From positions 19,654,001 through 19,718,000 of the forward strand of contig JAQFVV010000005.1 in the NCBI GenBank assembly GCA_028023455.1: DNA of 64,000 bases. The letters run 5' to 3'. The notes under the pieces are model-generated. The model worked only from the letters and a program-made list of their open reading frames with translations. It did no database searches and was not told the origin of the DNA. Made by a program: the position numbers and the translations under genes. The stretch comes from Epiperipatus broadwayi. Lineage: Eukaryota; Animalia; Onychophora. Below, piece after piece: positions 12,395 to 24,755 of this stretch. Position 1 is the stretch's first letter; each line of letters opens with the position of its first letter.

Positions 12395-13320
12395 TACTAT
12401 TAAATTAACCATGGAACTTGGAAAAAATAACACTTTCTTTTCTAGATGTTTTAATTGCTAGAATATCTGTTTATGGAAAATTCACCCATACAAACAGATC
12501 ATCTTGCTCAAATTTTTGTAGCAAAAAAAAATATTTTGATGAGAGTATATAGTTAGTCTGATAAAGATCATTTTGCTCAAGAAATAGAATTAACTAAAAA
12601 CTAATACTTACAATTAAAAACGTATATATATAAAATTTTACATAGCATTGATACTAAGAAGAAAAAAAAATGAAAAAATTGACAACTCATCTAATTATAG
12701 AGTCAGTAAAAGACTATCTGATTTCAATATTAAGATTATCTTTTCCACTCGCAAAAAAAATAGTGATTTTTCTCCCCCATAAACATAATACCAAGGTGTC
12801 TATGAAATTCCATGATCACAGTGCTCAGAAAGCTATTTAAGTCAATCCAGTAAACAAATTAATGTCAAAATTAGGGAATATAAAAATGCCTTCAGTCAAA
12901 AGTTAAATATATCACCCTTTATTTCACTTTTTTTTTTAGAAATTGATCACACACCTGATTTTGATAATACTAAAATACTTGGTAATTTGGAAAAATATGA
13001 ATTGAAATCCATGAGAATCTCTATAGGAATATTAAAAAGACCTAGTTGTTTAAATAAATCTGATGAAGCACAACCTTGTGGACACCACTTATTTTATCTC
13101 TTTCTTCTAAAATCAACTTGAAATCAATTTATTATAAAACTGAAAGAAATAAAAATTTTGTTAATTCACCTATTCTAAATAATCAACCATTAAATATATA
13201 TTAAAATGATTCCTCTTGATTTCACATTCAATCTTGTTATTATTTAAGATCTATCAGTTCTTCATTAAGACCTTAACCATAACAATGATGAATGATATTT
13301 TGTCAAAATATCAGGAATTT
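12395..13320 (+). mobile_element. Decayed Penelope-like element (RT C-terminus plus GIY-YIG endonuclease)
   Basis: TIKLTMELGKNN/LSFLDVLIARISVYGKFTHTNR (about 12397-12500), GVYEIP*SQCSESYLSQSSKQINVKIREY (from 12795) and DHTPDFDNTKIL. A possible decayed hammerhead lies near 13283-13316. Confidence 0.75.
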
Positions 13321-13854
13321 AATAAACAAAATAATACACAGTTTATCTCAAAAAAGACTTTATATTATATATATATATTTGAACTTTATTAAATTTAAAG
13401 TCTATCTGTTAAAAAAGAATATAATAATTTCTAATTTAATAACAAATGATTAATAATCGTTTATGTATTTATTGAAAGACAATTGTTCTGAATAAGAGCT
13501 TACAAATGTAATGCACTGAATATAAAACAATAGCATGTAGCATTTGGAAAAATTTTGGAAAAATTTTGTGTTACTTCTTCTAACTCAATTGACTTGGTTA
13601 GATTGAAATGCATCTTAGAAGTCAATAGCATATTTATTTTTCAGTATCTATAACCACATATTTGGAATACTAGTGTGCATTAATTATAATTTATAGAAAC
13701 ACATAGATTTAGAAATTTCTTTAAAAAAATATAAAATAGTACGCTTTATCTCAAGTTCACTTAATAAGAGGTCTTTAGGATTAACTTTCCCTTTCCCCAT
13801 CTTTTAATGTATTTTAAACAATAAATGAAGTGTGTGACCTTAATTAATAATACC

Positions 13855-14080
13855 CTGCGCGGTTCGATGCAGTTGGTAGAGCATCCAACTTAGGATCAGG
13901 AAGTCCCAGGATCAATTCTGGCAGTCAAACTTTTTATGAACTCCCAAGCAATAAAGCCATATACTTTACACTGTCCAATTTAGCGCAATTGGTAGACCGT
14001 CCAACTTGGATCAGGAGGTTCCACTATAGATTCTGCCGCTTGAACTTCTTATGAACTCCTGAGCGATAAAGCCATTAGCG
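13855..14080 (+). mobile_element. Tandem dimer of a tRNA-derived SINE
   Basis: Two roughly 115-bp units with A-box-like TAGCGCAATTGG / GATGCAGTTGG, a shared ccaactt.ggatcagga core, and a shared end atgaactcc..agc.ataaagccat. Confidence 0.6.
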
Positions 14081-15564
14081 TTTTTTTTTAATAAATTTTT
14101 CTTAATGAAAGTAGTATCTTGTTAAAAGAGTGGCTCATGATTATTTTTAAAGTATGTGAGTGTATATGCTATAATTTGAAGCAATAATAGCTTAATAGTG
14201 ATGACAGGACGTGTATAAAATTTCAGTGTAGCATATTTGGTTCGTTTTGTGATTGAAATCTCATAGAAAAGTCTTAATTGCTGATATATTGCGAAAAATA
14301 TTAATCCCAAAATGTAAACAAAAAAAAAAAATTATTACTAAAGAGAAAATTTTTATTTTACAGTAGATTATCTTTCAACAAAACTTATTATAGTCACTAA
14401 AAGTAGTGCTTTTTTAATTTACTTTCTTTAACCAGGTGTTCAAAAAATGAAGTCTAGATTTATGCAGTGACATAGTTTAATACATTAATGCATGCTACTT
14501 ATCATAAAAAGGCAATCATATGTGTAATTTGGCAAAGTCATTAAATTCAACTTTTTATCTAAATAATAGGGAACAGTAATCTGATTATAATCTTCTGCGA
14601 CAATATACTAAAACACAAACTTATCATATGCCAATTGGGAGTAATTTTGGACCATAGACTTATTTTCTTCATCAAATATTAGATCTAATGTAATCTATAT
14701 GAATGATCTCATTGGAAAGCTGACTGGTTCTATTTGGAATTGTGATGCAAATTTCTTAGCACTAGTATATTTTACTGCTATATACAGTGCCCCTTTTTGG
14801 AGAAAAAAGTTCACATATTAAACTTCTGAATATCTTAATTGAATATTATCAAAAATTATATTACTGGCACACTCAAATTTACTCCTTTGCAATGACTTCA
14901 ATTTTTTTAAATTATTTTTCCAGATATCAAAAAAGAAATTATCTCACTAAAAATATATAAAAGGCTGTTAAATAGATTAGACATATCATTAATTCAAGAT
15001 ATAAGTTCATCAACTAAGACTCATCTTAAATCAAGGTGCTCTTTCTGAATGTTCAACCAAAAATTCATTTACAACTGAACTACTTAAATAATGAATTTTT
15101 TCTGTAATTCCAAATATATTTCTTTATACAGATCCAGTGGTAAAACAGTTGGATTTGATTTTTTCAACATTATTGGAGTCTCATCTACAAATTCAGGACT
15201 ACTTATTGTGTTGTGTTTATCTGTTTCATAAAGTGAAGTTTAACAACTTCTAATCTATGTATATACCATTAAATACAACCATGAAACACATAATAACAAT
15301 TGAATGTTTTGAAACAGGTAGAATTTATTAATAGCTTAATAAATTAGCAAATCCATCTTCTGGTTGGAATTCCAGACATTTTTTTATGATTTTTGTTAGT
15401 AGTTAAGCTACCTTATAAAAAATTATACGCTAAAATCAAAGAATTAAAAACTGTTTTGGAGTAACTTCATCAAATCGCGCAACTGCTAACATATTAGCTC
15501 TTTTCTTTTTTTTTAATTCAGGTTTTATTATTAAATTTTTACACTGGCAATATTAATTTGTACA

Positions 15565-18500
15565 TACGATGTGATGCAATGCGTTATAGCCTTCTTCTTT
15601 ATCAAAGTCAGGAATCTCCTGTTGGTCACCATATCATCCCTTTCCATTCCCCACCATAAATTTTTCCCATATTCTTCTCTATCCTGCTCCATCTCTTTTC
15701 CATAATATCATTTTTGTCCACTCTATGGCCTTTATATCTAGATCCCCCCTTTTCCAAACCCCACATAAAAACCAAGAATCCATTTTCTGTATAATCACTT
15801 TGTTTATATTTATTCTCCCACAACTTCATTATCTGTGCCCTTTCTGCTTGTCGACATTTACATTCAACTAACAGATGCCTAATATTTTCTATGCCTTCCT
15901 TATATAACTTGCAGACTAAATCACTTATATTTTTCCATTTATGTGTATATTCCTTTGTTTCTATAAATCCTGTTCAAGCCATAAACAGTAAACTACTTTT
16001 CCTTGCTATTATCATAAATTAACTCGCATCCAATATTCTGTTTACTTCTATATATATTTAAATTCTTTTTCCTCTCCATACTAGATCTCCATCTCCCTAT
16101 TTTTTATTAATACATCTATTCTTCTATCCCATTCTTTGCCACTATAACACTTTACAATTTTCCTAACACAATCATCCCAACTTGTACAATACTGACATAA
16201 AGTCTTTATCCAAACTTCTGATACTGTACTACCTTTCTCACCCATCTTGTTGCTTGTCCTTTACTCGTAACCCAATTAAATATTATTTAGCTATTCTCTT
16301 ACTAGCCATAAATTGCAATCTACTGAACATTTTTATTTTGCTTTTTCCATCTCTCATATACAAACTTAATCGTCCCATTTCTTTTTGAATTGCTTCCTTT
16401 GCAGTCCACACATCTGCATCTAATGCATGTCTTCCTACTTCTCTTTTTTCTTTTTCTAAGTAATCTAACAGCCTTTACTAACACATAACACATCGTTACC
16501 ATAAGTTAACCCTGCTACTGCCACTCCCTTTCATACAATTATAGCTACATCATATTCATTATATGAAAACATTTAATTTCTTTATCATTTCCCTTTCTTT
16601 TCTTTGCTTCATTTGTCAATTTTTCTTCCCATTCATCCAAATAGTTATACCTATTCACCACATTTAACTTTATATCCCCCAATAAAAATTATTTCTCTTC
16701 TGTTTCTTCAACATTTATCATCATTACTTTTGATTTTTCTTCACTAAATTTAATCCCCATCTCTTTACCCACCTTTGCGCACATCTTCAGCATAACTTCC
16801 ATATCTTACCTACTTTCTGTGCACAAGAATATATCATCAGCAAATAAAAAACCAGATAATATATACACTCCCTTGCCATCTATTAATGGTATCTCTACTC
16901 CCTCTTTTTAGTCATTTCTCTTCCATTTCTCTCAAATATAACAAAAACAAAATAGATATCATCCTTGCCTTAGTCATTTTTAGATCTTAACTGATTCTAT
17001 ATTTTCTAATTGATACATATAGTAATTATTTTCATACAATCTCTTAATAAGATCCACTAAAGCTCCATTCATTTTCAAATTTACTAAACTTAGAAATCTA
17101 TTTCTATTTACTCTATCATATGCCTTCTCTATATCTATAAAAGACCATATATAACTGTCTATCTGTATTTTAATTCATATCTTTAAGTTGTGTGACTACA
17201 AATAAACTGACTGCAAATAAACTATCTCCTATACACATATCTGTTCTAAAACCTCCTTGCATTTTCCCTCTATATTATTTTCCTCAACCATTTTACCACC
17301 ATTCCAGCCATCATATATGCAAAAACTTTATATCACACTGACGTTATCACTATTGGTCTATAATTGTTTATCTTTCTATGGTCCTTACTCTTTCCTTTAA
17401 ATAATAGCCTTACTCTTGTATTATTCCAGCTATCTGGAAATTCTGTCTTCTGTGCCATCTTATTAAAACATGTCTAGATTTAATTTTGCCCTATTTCCCA
17501 AATTCATCACCATCTCTGCTGTCCATCCAGCTAAACCTCTTGCCTTTTCAATTTCTTCCCTGCCTCATTCAATGCATTTTCTGTAAAATATATTCCCATT
17601 ACTATCTGCATTTATATTTGTTATTACTCTGTCGTTCACATTTAACATCTTTTCTATATCCATTATATACTTATTTAAGATCGGCTCTAATTTTTCTCTA
17701 GAGTTACACTTTTTTCCTCATTTAATAATACTATTTTTTTCTTCCTTTCATTCCTTCTTTTAATATATTTGACAAAATTTTTTACTCACATCTTTTCCAC
17801 TTTTTTTCCTCATTATTTTGTAATACTATTTTTTTCTTTCTTACATTCCTTCTTTTAATATATTTTTCAAAAAATTTTATTTCCATCTTTTCCACTTTTA
17901 TTAATATCCTCCAATAATTTACTATTTCATTTTCTATATATAATTATCTATTTTAGCCAATTTTTTTTAAAAATAGTTTTCCCATTTAATATTAACATCT
18001 TTTTCACTTTCTTTGTTCTACTGTTATTACTAATTTCCATCACATTACTAAACATTTCTAATATAAAGAAATTATGATCACTATTACATACTCTCTCATC
18101 ATTATCAAACACTTAAATTTTCCATACTTTATTCTTTCCCTCTTTCTCTACTAATACATAATCTATAGTGTGAAATATATTATTAGATTGTGTATATTGC
18201 CTCTCATAAATATTTGATAAATTTCCAGTGCTCAAATTCATTCTCTGACAAAAAATTTTCAAAAGCTGTCCATTCTTGTTATCCACGTCATCACTTTCTT
18301 CACTATGCCCATTCCTATCCCCTATAATTATTATTTTCTTTCACCTTTTTTTTTTGAAACTCTGTATATCCTTTCTTAACTAGATATTCATATGTGCTAC
18401 TGTTCCACCCATTATAGTTTGACTATCTCCAGTGGCCATATACACTATAGGCACCATCCATTCTTGTCCTCTTAACCTTAGCTCAAAACCACAAATGTTC

Positions 18501-19830
18501 TTGACACTTTACAGTATTTAATTATTTTTTTTATGTAACTCCTATTTTTTCGTTTCTGTTTATACCTTGCCATAGCAAATCTTCCAGTGTAGGTTCTTCT
18601 TCTCTTAGATGTGTTTCCACTACTGTTAATACCTCAAGCCCTTCATTTTTAATTGCTTTGTTTAATTTCTGCCACTTTTCTGGTCTCTTACCACCTTCCA
18701 TGTTCAAATATCCAATTTTAACAATTTCTTTCTTTCTTACTACTCTTATATAAATTCTTTTGACTCTTTCTTATTTGTAATTAACTGGTTTATTATTAGT
18801 TTTACAGAGCCGTTCCCTCTTCACATCTATATTTATGTCTAAATCAGCTACCCTTTCTTTACATCTTCCATCCCATCCATTCTTAACTTTTCTTTTTGAT
18901 AATACTGTATACATTTCCCGAACTATAATATTTTTCATAAATCAAACCCCCTAATGCTTCACTTCTTTGTTTTGCAAAGTGCAATCGATCTTTACTATAT
19001 AACTGCCTCTTTAATGAAAAAATTCCACACATTCACAAACAACATTATTACTGTCGCATAATTTTTTCAACCTCTCATTTATAGAACATGCTCTATCTAA
19101 CATATATTGGTAGTAATCCAACTACTCCTACTCTTTCTTTTACTTTACTCATCTTCCTTTTACTTTACTCATCTTCCTTTTACTTTACTCAAATTACTAA
19201 TCAATTCTTTGTGCTCATGTATTACTCTTTCTGATGGACCCTGACAAATTATTTGTCCCTACCATAAACATCTCTACCCCCCTGTTTCTTTATCTTATTT
19301 GTAACATCACTAATTCTAGCTCCAGGCAAGCATACTCTTACATATCTATTTTTATTTTCCCTGCTATTACATTTCCACATCCTCTAATTAGCAAATCTCC
19401 CTATGAAGATTATCTCATAGCTTATTTTCCCTACTTATCCATAATATTCTCTTCCACCTTCTGGACTTCCTTATCTACTTCGTCCTTATCATTTCTACTC
19501 AATAATTCCTTTATCTGCTCACACTTAATCTCTAATAACTTTAATTCTGGTTCTACAGTCTTTACCTCTTGCTCTATCTTACTTATTGTTTGCCTAAATA
19601 TTTCCATTGCACTACTTATTTTGTCATCCATATCTCTTGTCACTCCATTTCTCCTGACTTTTTCTTTAAATTATCTACTACATTTAGAAAACATTTTGTC
19701 ACCTCTTTTACCACATTTATACATGATCTACACAATCACACATCTTTTATATTCTTCCCTGTCTTGTTTAAGCATTTCAAATGGAAAACCTTATTACATA
19801 CCTTACACTCTACCAAAGCATGCTTAATTT
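15565..19830 (-). mobile_element. Near full-length decayed LINE: ORF1 PHD + coiled coil + SGNH esterase; ORF2 APE-RT-CCHC
   Basis: PHD CKVCNKVFHLKC..LCRSC (about 19710-19825). Esterase GDLLIR..CLPGARISDV..VGTNN (from about 19400) and KDRLH (18979-18990). APE IIIGDRNGH (18305-18322), TIDYVLV and SDH (18074-18082). RT LFADD (16833-16844). C-terminal C-x2-(Y)-x8-H-x4-C near 15860-15912. Confidence 0.9.
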
Positions 19831-20151
19831 ACTTATGACTGTCATAAATATTTTGTGAAATACAAATGCAATTTATATTTTTTTATTTTTCAATTTCCCT
19901 ACTCCATATTTAAATTTATGACTTTTTTTAAATGATGATCGATAAACACATGCTCCCCTAAATTCACATCTCAAATATTATTTTTCTCAAATAAATCACT
20001 CTCTTACTTAAATTGAAAAATTTTTAATAGCAAACCTCCTAAAATCAAATTAATCTTACATATGATTTAGTTTGTCCTTGCAGTTAACACACAAAAATAT
20101 TTTTTTCTTTATATTTAAATTGTCAGCCTATTGAATTACTTTCTTAATTTT

Positions 20152-20266
20152 TTTTTTTTTTTTTTCATATGTCATAGCATCTGCCGGGACGCGAACCCAC
20201 ACCCGTCTGCAACCAACTACTTGCTTGCATGGCGGTTGCGATACCTCTCGGCTAACAACGCAAGAC
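20152..20266 (-). mobile_element. tRNA-derived SINE (family S1), copy 1
   Basis: A box TAGCCGAGAGG, B box GGTTCGCGTCCC and an A tail. 15-bp TSD TACTTTCTTAATTTT at 20137-20151 and 20267-20281. Confidence 0.85.
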
Positions 20267-20314
20267 TACTTTCTTAATTTTAACAATATTTTTCTCTATC
20301 TTTCCAAAAAGCAG

Positions 20315-20875
20315 CTCTTTACTTTACTGCCATCTAGTGTTAGCTTGAGTAGTCAATGATTACTAATTGCATATAAAATCCCTATCTTTTGAATTGTCAT
20401 TCTCTGATCAGTTTCTGGATTAATAAATCCTAATATTTAAAATTGGAAGAAATAAAGATATATACTCAACACATATCTTCAGCTCCACTATACCTATCAA
20501 GCTAAAAATGTGTAATTGAAAATGAACCAAATCAATCTGCTTGAACAATTATTTAGATATGAAATCAATTCAATAACTATAATTTAGTACCTTCAGTTCT
20601 TCATCAATTGTAAACCTCTTATTCTTATGGCTAGCTAACAAAAACAGTAAATCATCAAGCAAGATTAAAACAACAGCAGTTCTCCATTTTATGTCAGCTT
20701 GAATAGTCATTCTTTACTAGATACATAGATAAATATAAAATCACTATTCTTAGTGTAATGATCAAAGCCAAAAACCTATCTGAGAATGAAGATTAAAATA
20801 TTAACGATAGGAATTTTACATGCATTTGGCCATTGATTACTCAAATTTACACTAGATAGCAATAAAGTAGAGAGA
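20315..20875. mobile_element. Old family 1-related fold-back insertion
   Basis: The left end tactgccatctagtgttagcttgagtagtcaatg..taaaatccctatc is inverted relative to the right end gataggaatttta..ccattgattactcaaatttacactagatagcaataaagta. Confidence 0.55.
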
Positions 20876-22308
20876 TGATTTGTTATTGACAAAATTCCTA
20901 GCTAGAGGAATAAAGTACCGATAGGTAGCTGCCAGGCACTTTAAGTTGAATTTAAAATCTTAGACTGGTTTGAATTTCAAATTTTTAGCTTGACAGATAG
21001 AGGAGTTAAATGTTGTCATTAAATGCATATCTGCTTTCTTTCTAACTTTGAACTCTGGGCCTCATTCATAAAGGCAAAAATCAGAAACCAACTATGATTG
21101 GAGTTTAGTCACTGATTACCCAAGCTTATACACGATAGCAGTAAAATGGAAGGTTGCTTTTATCTTATATAGTTTAAGCTGGATATTTGACGATTTGTTA
21201 TTACTAATTTGTAAGGATAGTTGTTTATGAAAATGTGATTTCTTTTAGTATCATAATACAATTTCTTTACACGGGAACCAATTGGTTCTTTTTTTTTTTT
21301 GTATGGTATCTGGGTTAGATTGGATTTCATGCCAGAACGTCCCCAGGTTGTGGATAGGAGAATGGCCTTTGGATATGAAGGTTATCTGCTAATAAGCAAA
21401 ATACTTTAAATAAGCAGTCACTGACAATGGGATAACATTCACTATCTGGAAATGATGATGGAGATAGTGGTGTGTTTACTTACATAAAATGCCACAATTC
21501 CTATGATGGTGGATGTATAATAGCACGTGTTAACCACCATTAAATACGTCTATATTGTGCTGGGTGTTAGGTTAGTAACAACATTGAACGGAAGATCACT
21601 ATAGGTGACAATAGTAAGTAGGAAGTGGTAAACGGATATTCATTTTATGATTTTTAGCTAGCACATTGAGCCTGTTATGGAGGTTATTGCTGGGCAAAGA
21701 ATGCCACTAGAAATCACTTTGCTTTATAATTCCCTTGTTTTATTATTTACCCCGCAGGGGTTGACATGAGGCTACTCAGGTCATTAACCTGCAAAATCCT
21801 CATAAAGTTTGTTTATTAAGAGATGATACATTGAGAATTGACACATGGAATGAACTGAAAAATTTGAAAAGAAAAATGAGTATAAATAATATTGTTGTTA
21901 TGGGATTATGTGAAGTTAGGTGAAGAGATGTGGTGATATAAATAGTAGAGATGTTAAATTATTTTATTTTCGTGGTGATAAATCAATTAATGATATTGGC
22001 ATTGCTGTTGGAAAGAAAATTTGTAATAGGTGGCAAAGATAAATTATATTGTGATGAGAATAACTTCAAGTCCTAGGGATTTGGTAATTGTACAATTTTA
22101 TATATTCATTACTAATCATAATGATATTGGAATTGATGAAAAAATATGAGTAGAGGAAATTATTTAATGTAAGGGGGAAATGCAGGTATGCTGTTGTAGG
22201 GGAAAGGTAAGAAAGGAAAAATTATCGGAAAATATAGTATTGGGGGGGGGATGATAGAGGTAGCTCGCTTGTACAGTTTTGTAAGAAGATTGGGTGTCAT
22301 ATATATAT

Positions 22309-24344
22309 TGAAACAGTTATGCTGTTACTCATATAGATATTCAAAAGACCCCCCCCCCCCATTTAAAAACGTCTAGCGTGATTCAATCTAATTGGGAACG
22401 CAATAAAGCTGTAATTTGTTAAAAAAAAAGGAAAAATCATATTTTTAATTTTGTGATTGATGGATTTAAATAAAATGTTAAGTTATCTTATTTTTTTTAT
22501 CTGTCTCAATAAAAAAAAAGAAAAGAAATTAATTATCCAATCATTAAAAAGAAAAAAAGAAAAGATACTTGAGTTAAACTGAGGCAGTATTCAAATTAGA
22601 CACGTCGTGGGAAGAAAAGAACCTTTTTTTTTTTTCTCTCTCGTCTTACACAGAGAGGCAGAATATATTAAATCTTTTTTTTTTAAAAAAAAAGGTGTAT
22701 TACTTAATTCTTTTGACTCATTAAAATGGAAAAAGAAAGTATTCATAGAGGAATTATAATGTCAATGGGCTAATTTATCAGCTTCAATCTCTCCACGCTG
22801 TGCCATGACTTTCCATCGATGAAATAACCCGCATTCTTTTGAATAAAATGGACTGCAAAACTGGAAGGTAATTTTTATAAAATACTAAAACATATTTATC
22901 ATACGTTATAAAGTGGAATTATGAAATAATTACATAGAATTTGTTTTGTAAAATATTAAAACATGTTTATCATACGTAATAAAATGAAGTTATGAAATAG
23001 TTATACGCAAATTTATTTATAAAAATATTTGAACGTATTTACTATATGAATTAGAAATGCTTTAATTGCATATTACTTCTATCTGGGTAATGTAACAGAG
23101 TTTATGTATAAGAATATACTTTTATATTTGGCTAAATTATAAATGCCTCAATTATCAAATGATAAATGCTCTACAAACCAAGAATTGCTGAGTTCAAATG
23201 TCTACCAATCGGTAATAATTCATAAAATGATGAAATGCTGTATAAATCATAAATACTTGACTGCTTCTAAGGTTCTTACCTTAAATGAATTCAAAATGAA
23301 TTATTGTATAAACCATAAGTGCTTGACTGCTTCAAAATGAATTATTGTATAAACCATAAATGCTTGACTGCTTCTAAGGTTCTTACCTTAAATGAATTCA
23401 AAATGAATTATTGTATAAACCATAAGTGCTTGTCTGCTTCAAAATGAATTATTGTATAAACCATAAATGCTTGACTGCTTCTAAGCTTCTTCTCATAAAG
23501 GAATACAAAAACAAACTATTGTTGAATTGGAATATTTCTAAGCTTCTCATAAAGGAATACAAAAATGAACTATTGTTGAAGTAGGATGTTTCCAAGCTTC
23601 TTCTCATAAAGGAATTAATGAACTATTGTTGAATTAGAATATTCACAAGCTTCTTCACATAAATGAATTTAAGATGAATTATTGTATAAATCATAAATGC
23701 TTTACTGCTTCTAAGCTTCTTCTCTTAAATGAATTCAAAATGAACTATTAAATGAATTCGAAATGAACTATTGTTGAATCAGAATAATCCCAAGCTTCTT
23801 CTCATAAAGGAATTAATGAACTATTGTTGAATTAGAATATTCACAAGCTTCTTCCCATAAATGAATTCAAAATGAACTATTATTGAATTAGAATGTTTCC
23901 AAGCTTATTCTCATAGAGGAATTAATGAACTATTGTTGAAATTGCAAATTAATTGTTATTTAATAAATTTTTTTTGTTACTAAAAATTAAATTGGTTGTC
24001 CAGTTATCCAATTCTGTTTTGTTTTAATGCATCACTCATCAGTTATAGCACTGGTTCATGAGAATCTCATGTTCTCTGAGCTACGTCTGACATAACTTGA
24101 CCTAGACCAGTCAGGTTGTAGTGAGATGGAACTCTAATGGCGCTCTTTGGGAAACCAAACATAGAAATATTTAGATGTTTCCAGTCTCTATGTACTACAT
24201 CCTCTGATGAGCAGGAAATATTGTTGTAGGGGGGCATTAACATCCGCATTAAGAATATCAATTGATGGTTCCTTCCTGCAGCATGCTCATCAGAAAATTG
24301 TTACAACTGACGTAATAAAATGGTTGTATGGCGGTCCGGTTACA
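22309..24344 (+). repeat. 5' LTR (2036 bp)
   Basis: Starts TGAAACAG, ends GTTACA, and is duplicated at 26891-28910. Confidence 0.9.
23225..23940 (+). repeat. Minisatellite array inside the LTR (units of about 41 and 64 bp); second copy about 27800-28505
   Basis: Repeated atgaattattgtataaaccataa.tgcttgactgcttc and atgaactattgttgaattagaat..caagcttcttctcataaaggaa units. Confidence 0.85.
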
Positions 24345-24346
24345 TT

Positions 24347-24364
24347 TGGCGTCCAACTGTGAGG
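24347..24364 (+). promoter_or_regulatory. Primer-binding site, tRNA-Lys-like
   Basis: TGGCGTCCAACTGTGAGG lies 2 nt after the LTR end. It is similar to the tRNA-Lys(CTT) PBS TGGCGCCCAACGTGGGGC. Confidence 0.7.
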
Positions 24365-24755
24365 CTTTACCTGGCTGACCTACCTATAGGCTCCGGTTAC
24401 ATTTGTCTTTCAACTGTGAGGCTTTATCCAGCTAGCCTAACCATAGGCACCTATTACATTGTCACCTTACTGTGAGGCCTTATCTGACATGGGCCGGTTA
24501 ATTTGCCACCCTATTGTGAGGTCCGATCTAGCTAGCCTACTCATAGGCATAAGCAGATCACGATTCTGTAATATGAACAGTGCATATGATGTAGTGATGT
24601 AATTTGTTCAGGAAGGTTAAAAAAATAAAAGTTTAAAAGAAAAACAAAACAAAAATGAATGGCATAAAGAATGAAACAGGCATTTCAAAGAAGATGGAGT
24701 AGGGTCATGGTGTGGATGGAGAGAGAAGCTTACTAATTTAGAAAACAAAGGAAAA

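Noticed and set aside
19234-19827. 197-aa plus-strand ORF
   Set aside because: It is antisense to the LINE ORF1, whose PHD and esterase motifs are on the minus strand.
23225-23940. CRISPR-like array
   Set aside because: The units are degenerate tandem repeats without unique spacers, there are no cas genes, and the context is a eukaryotic LTR.
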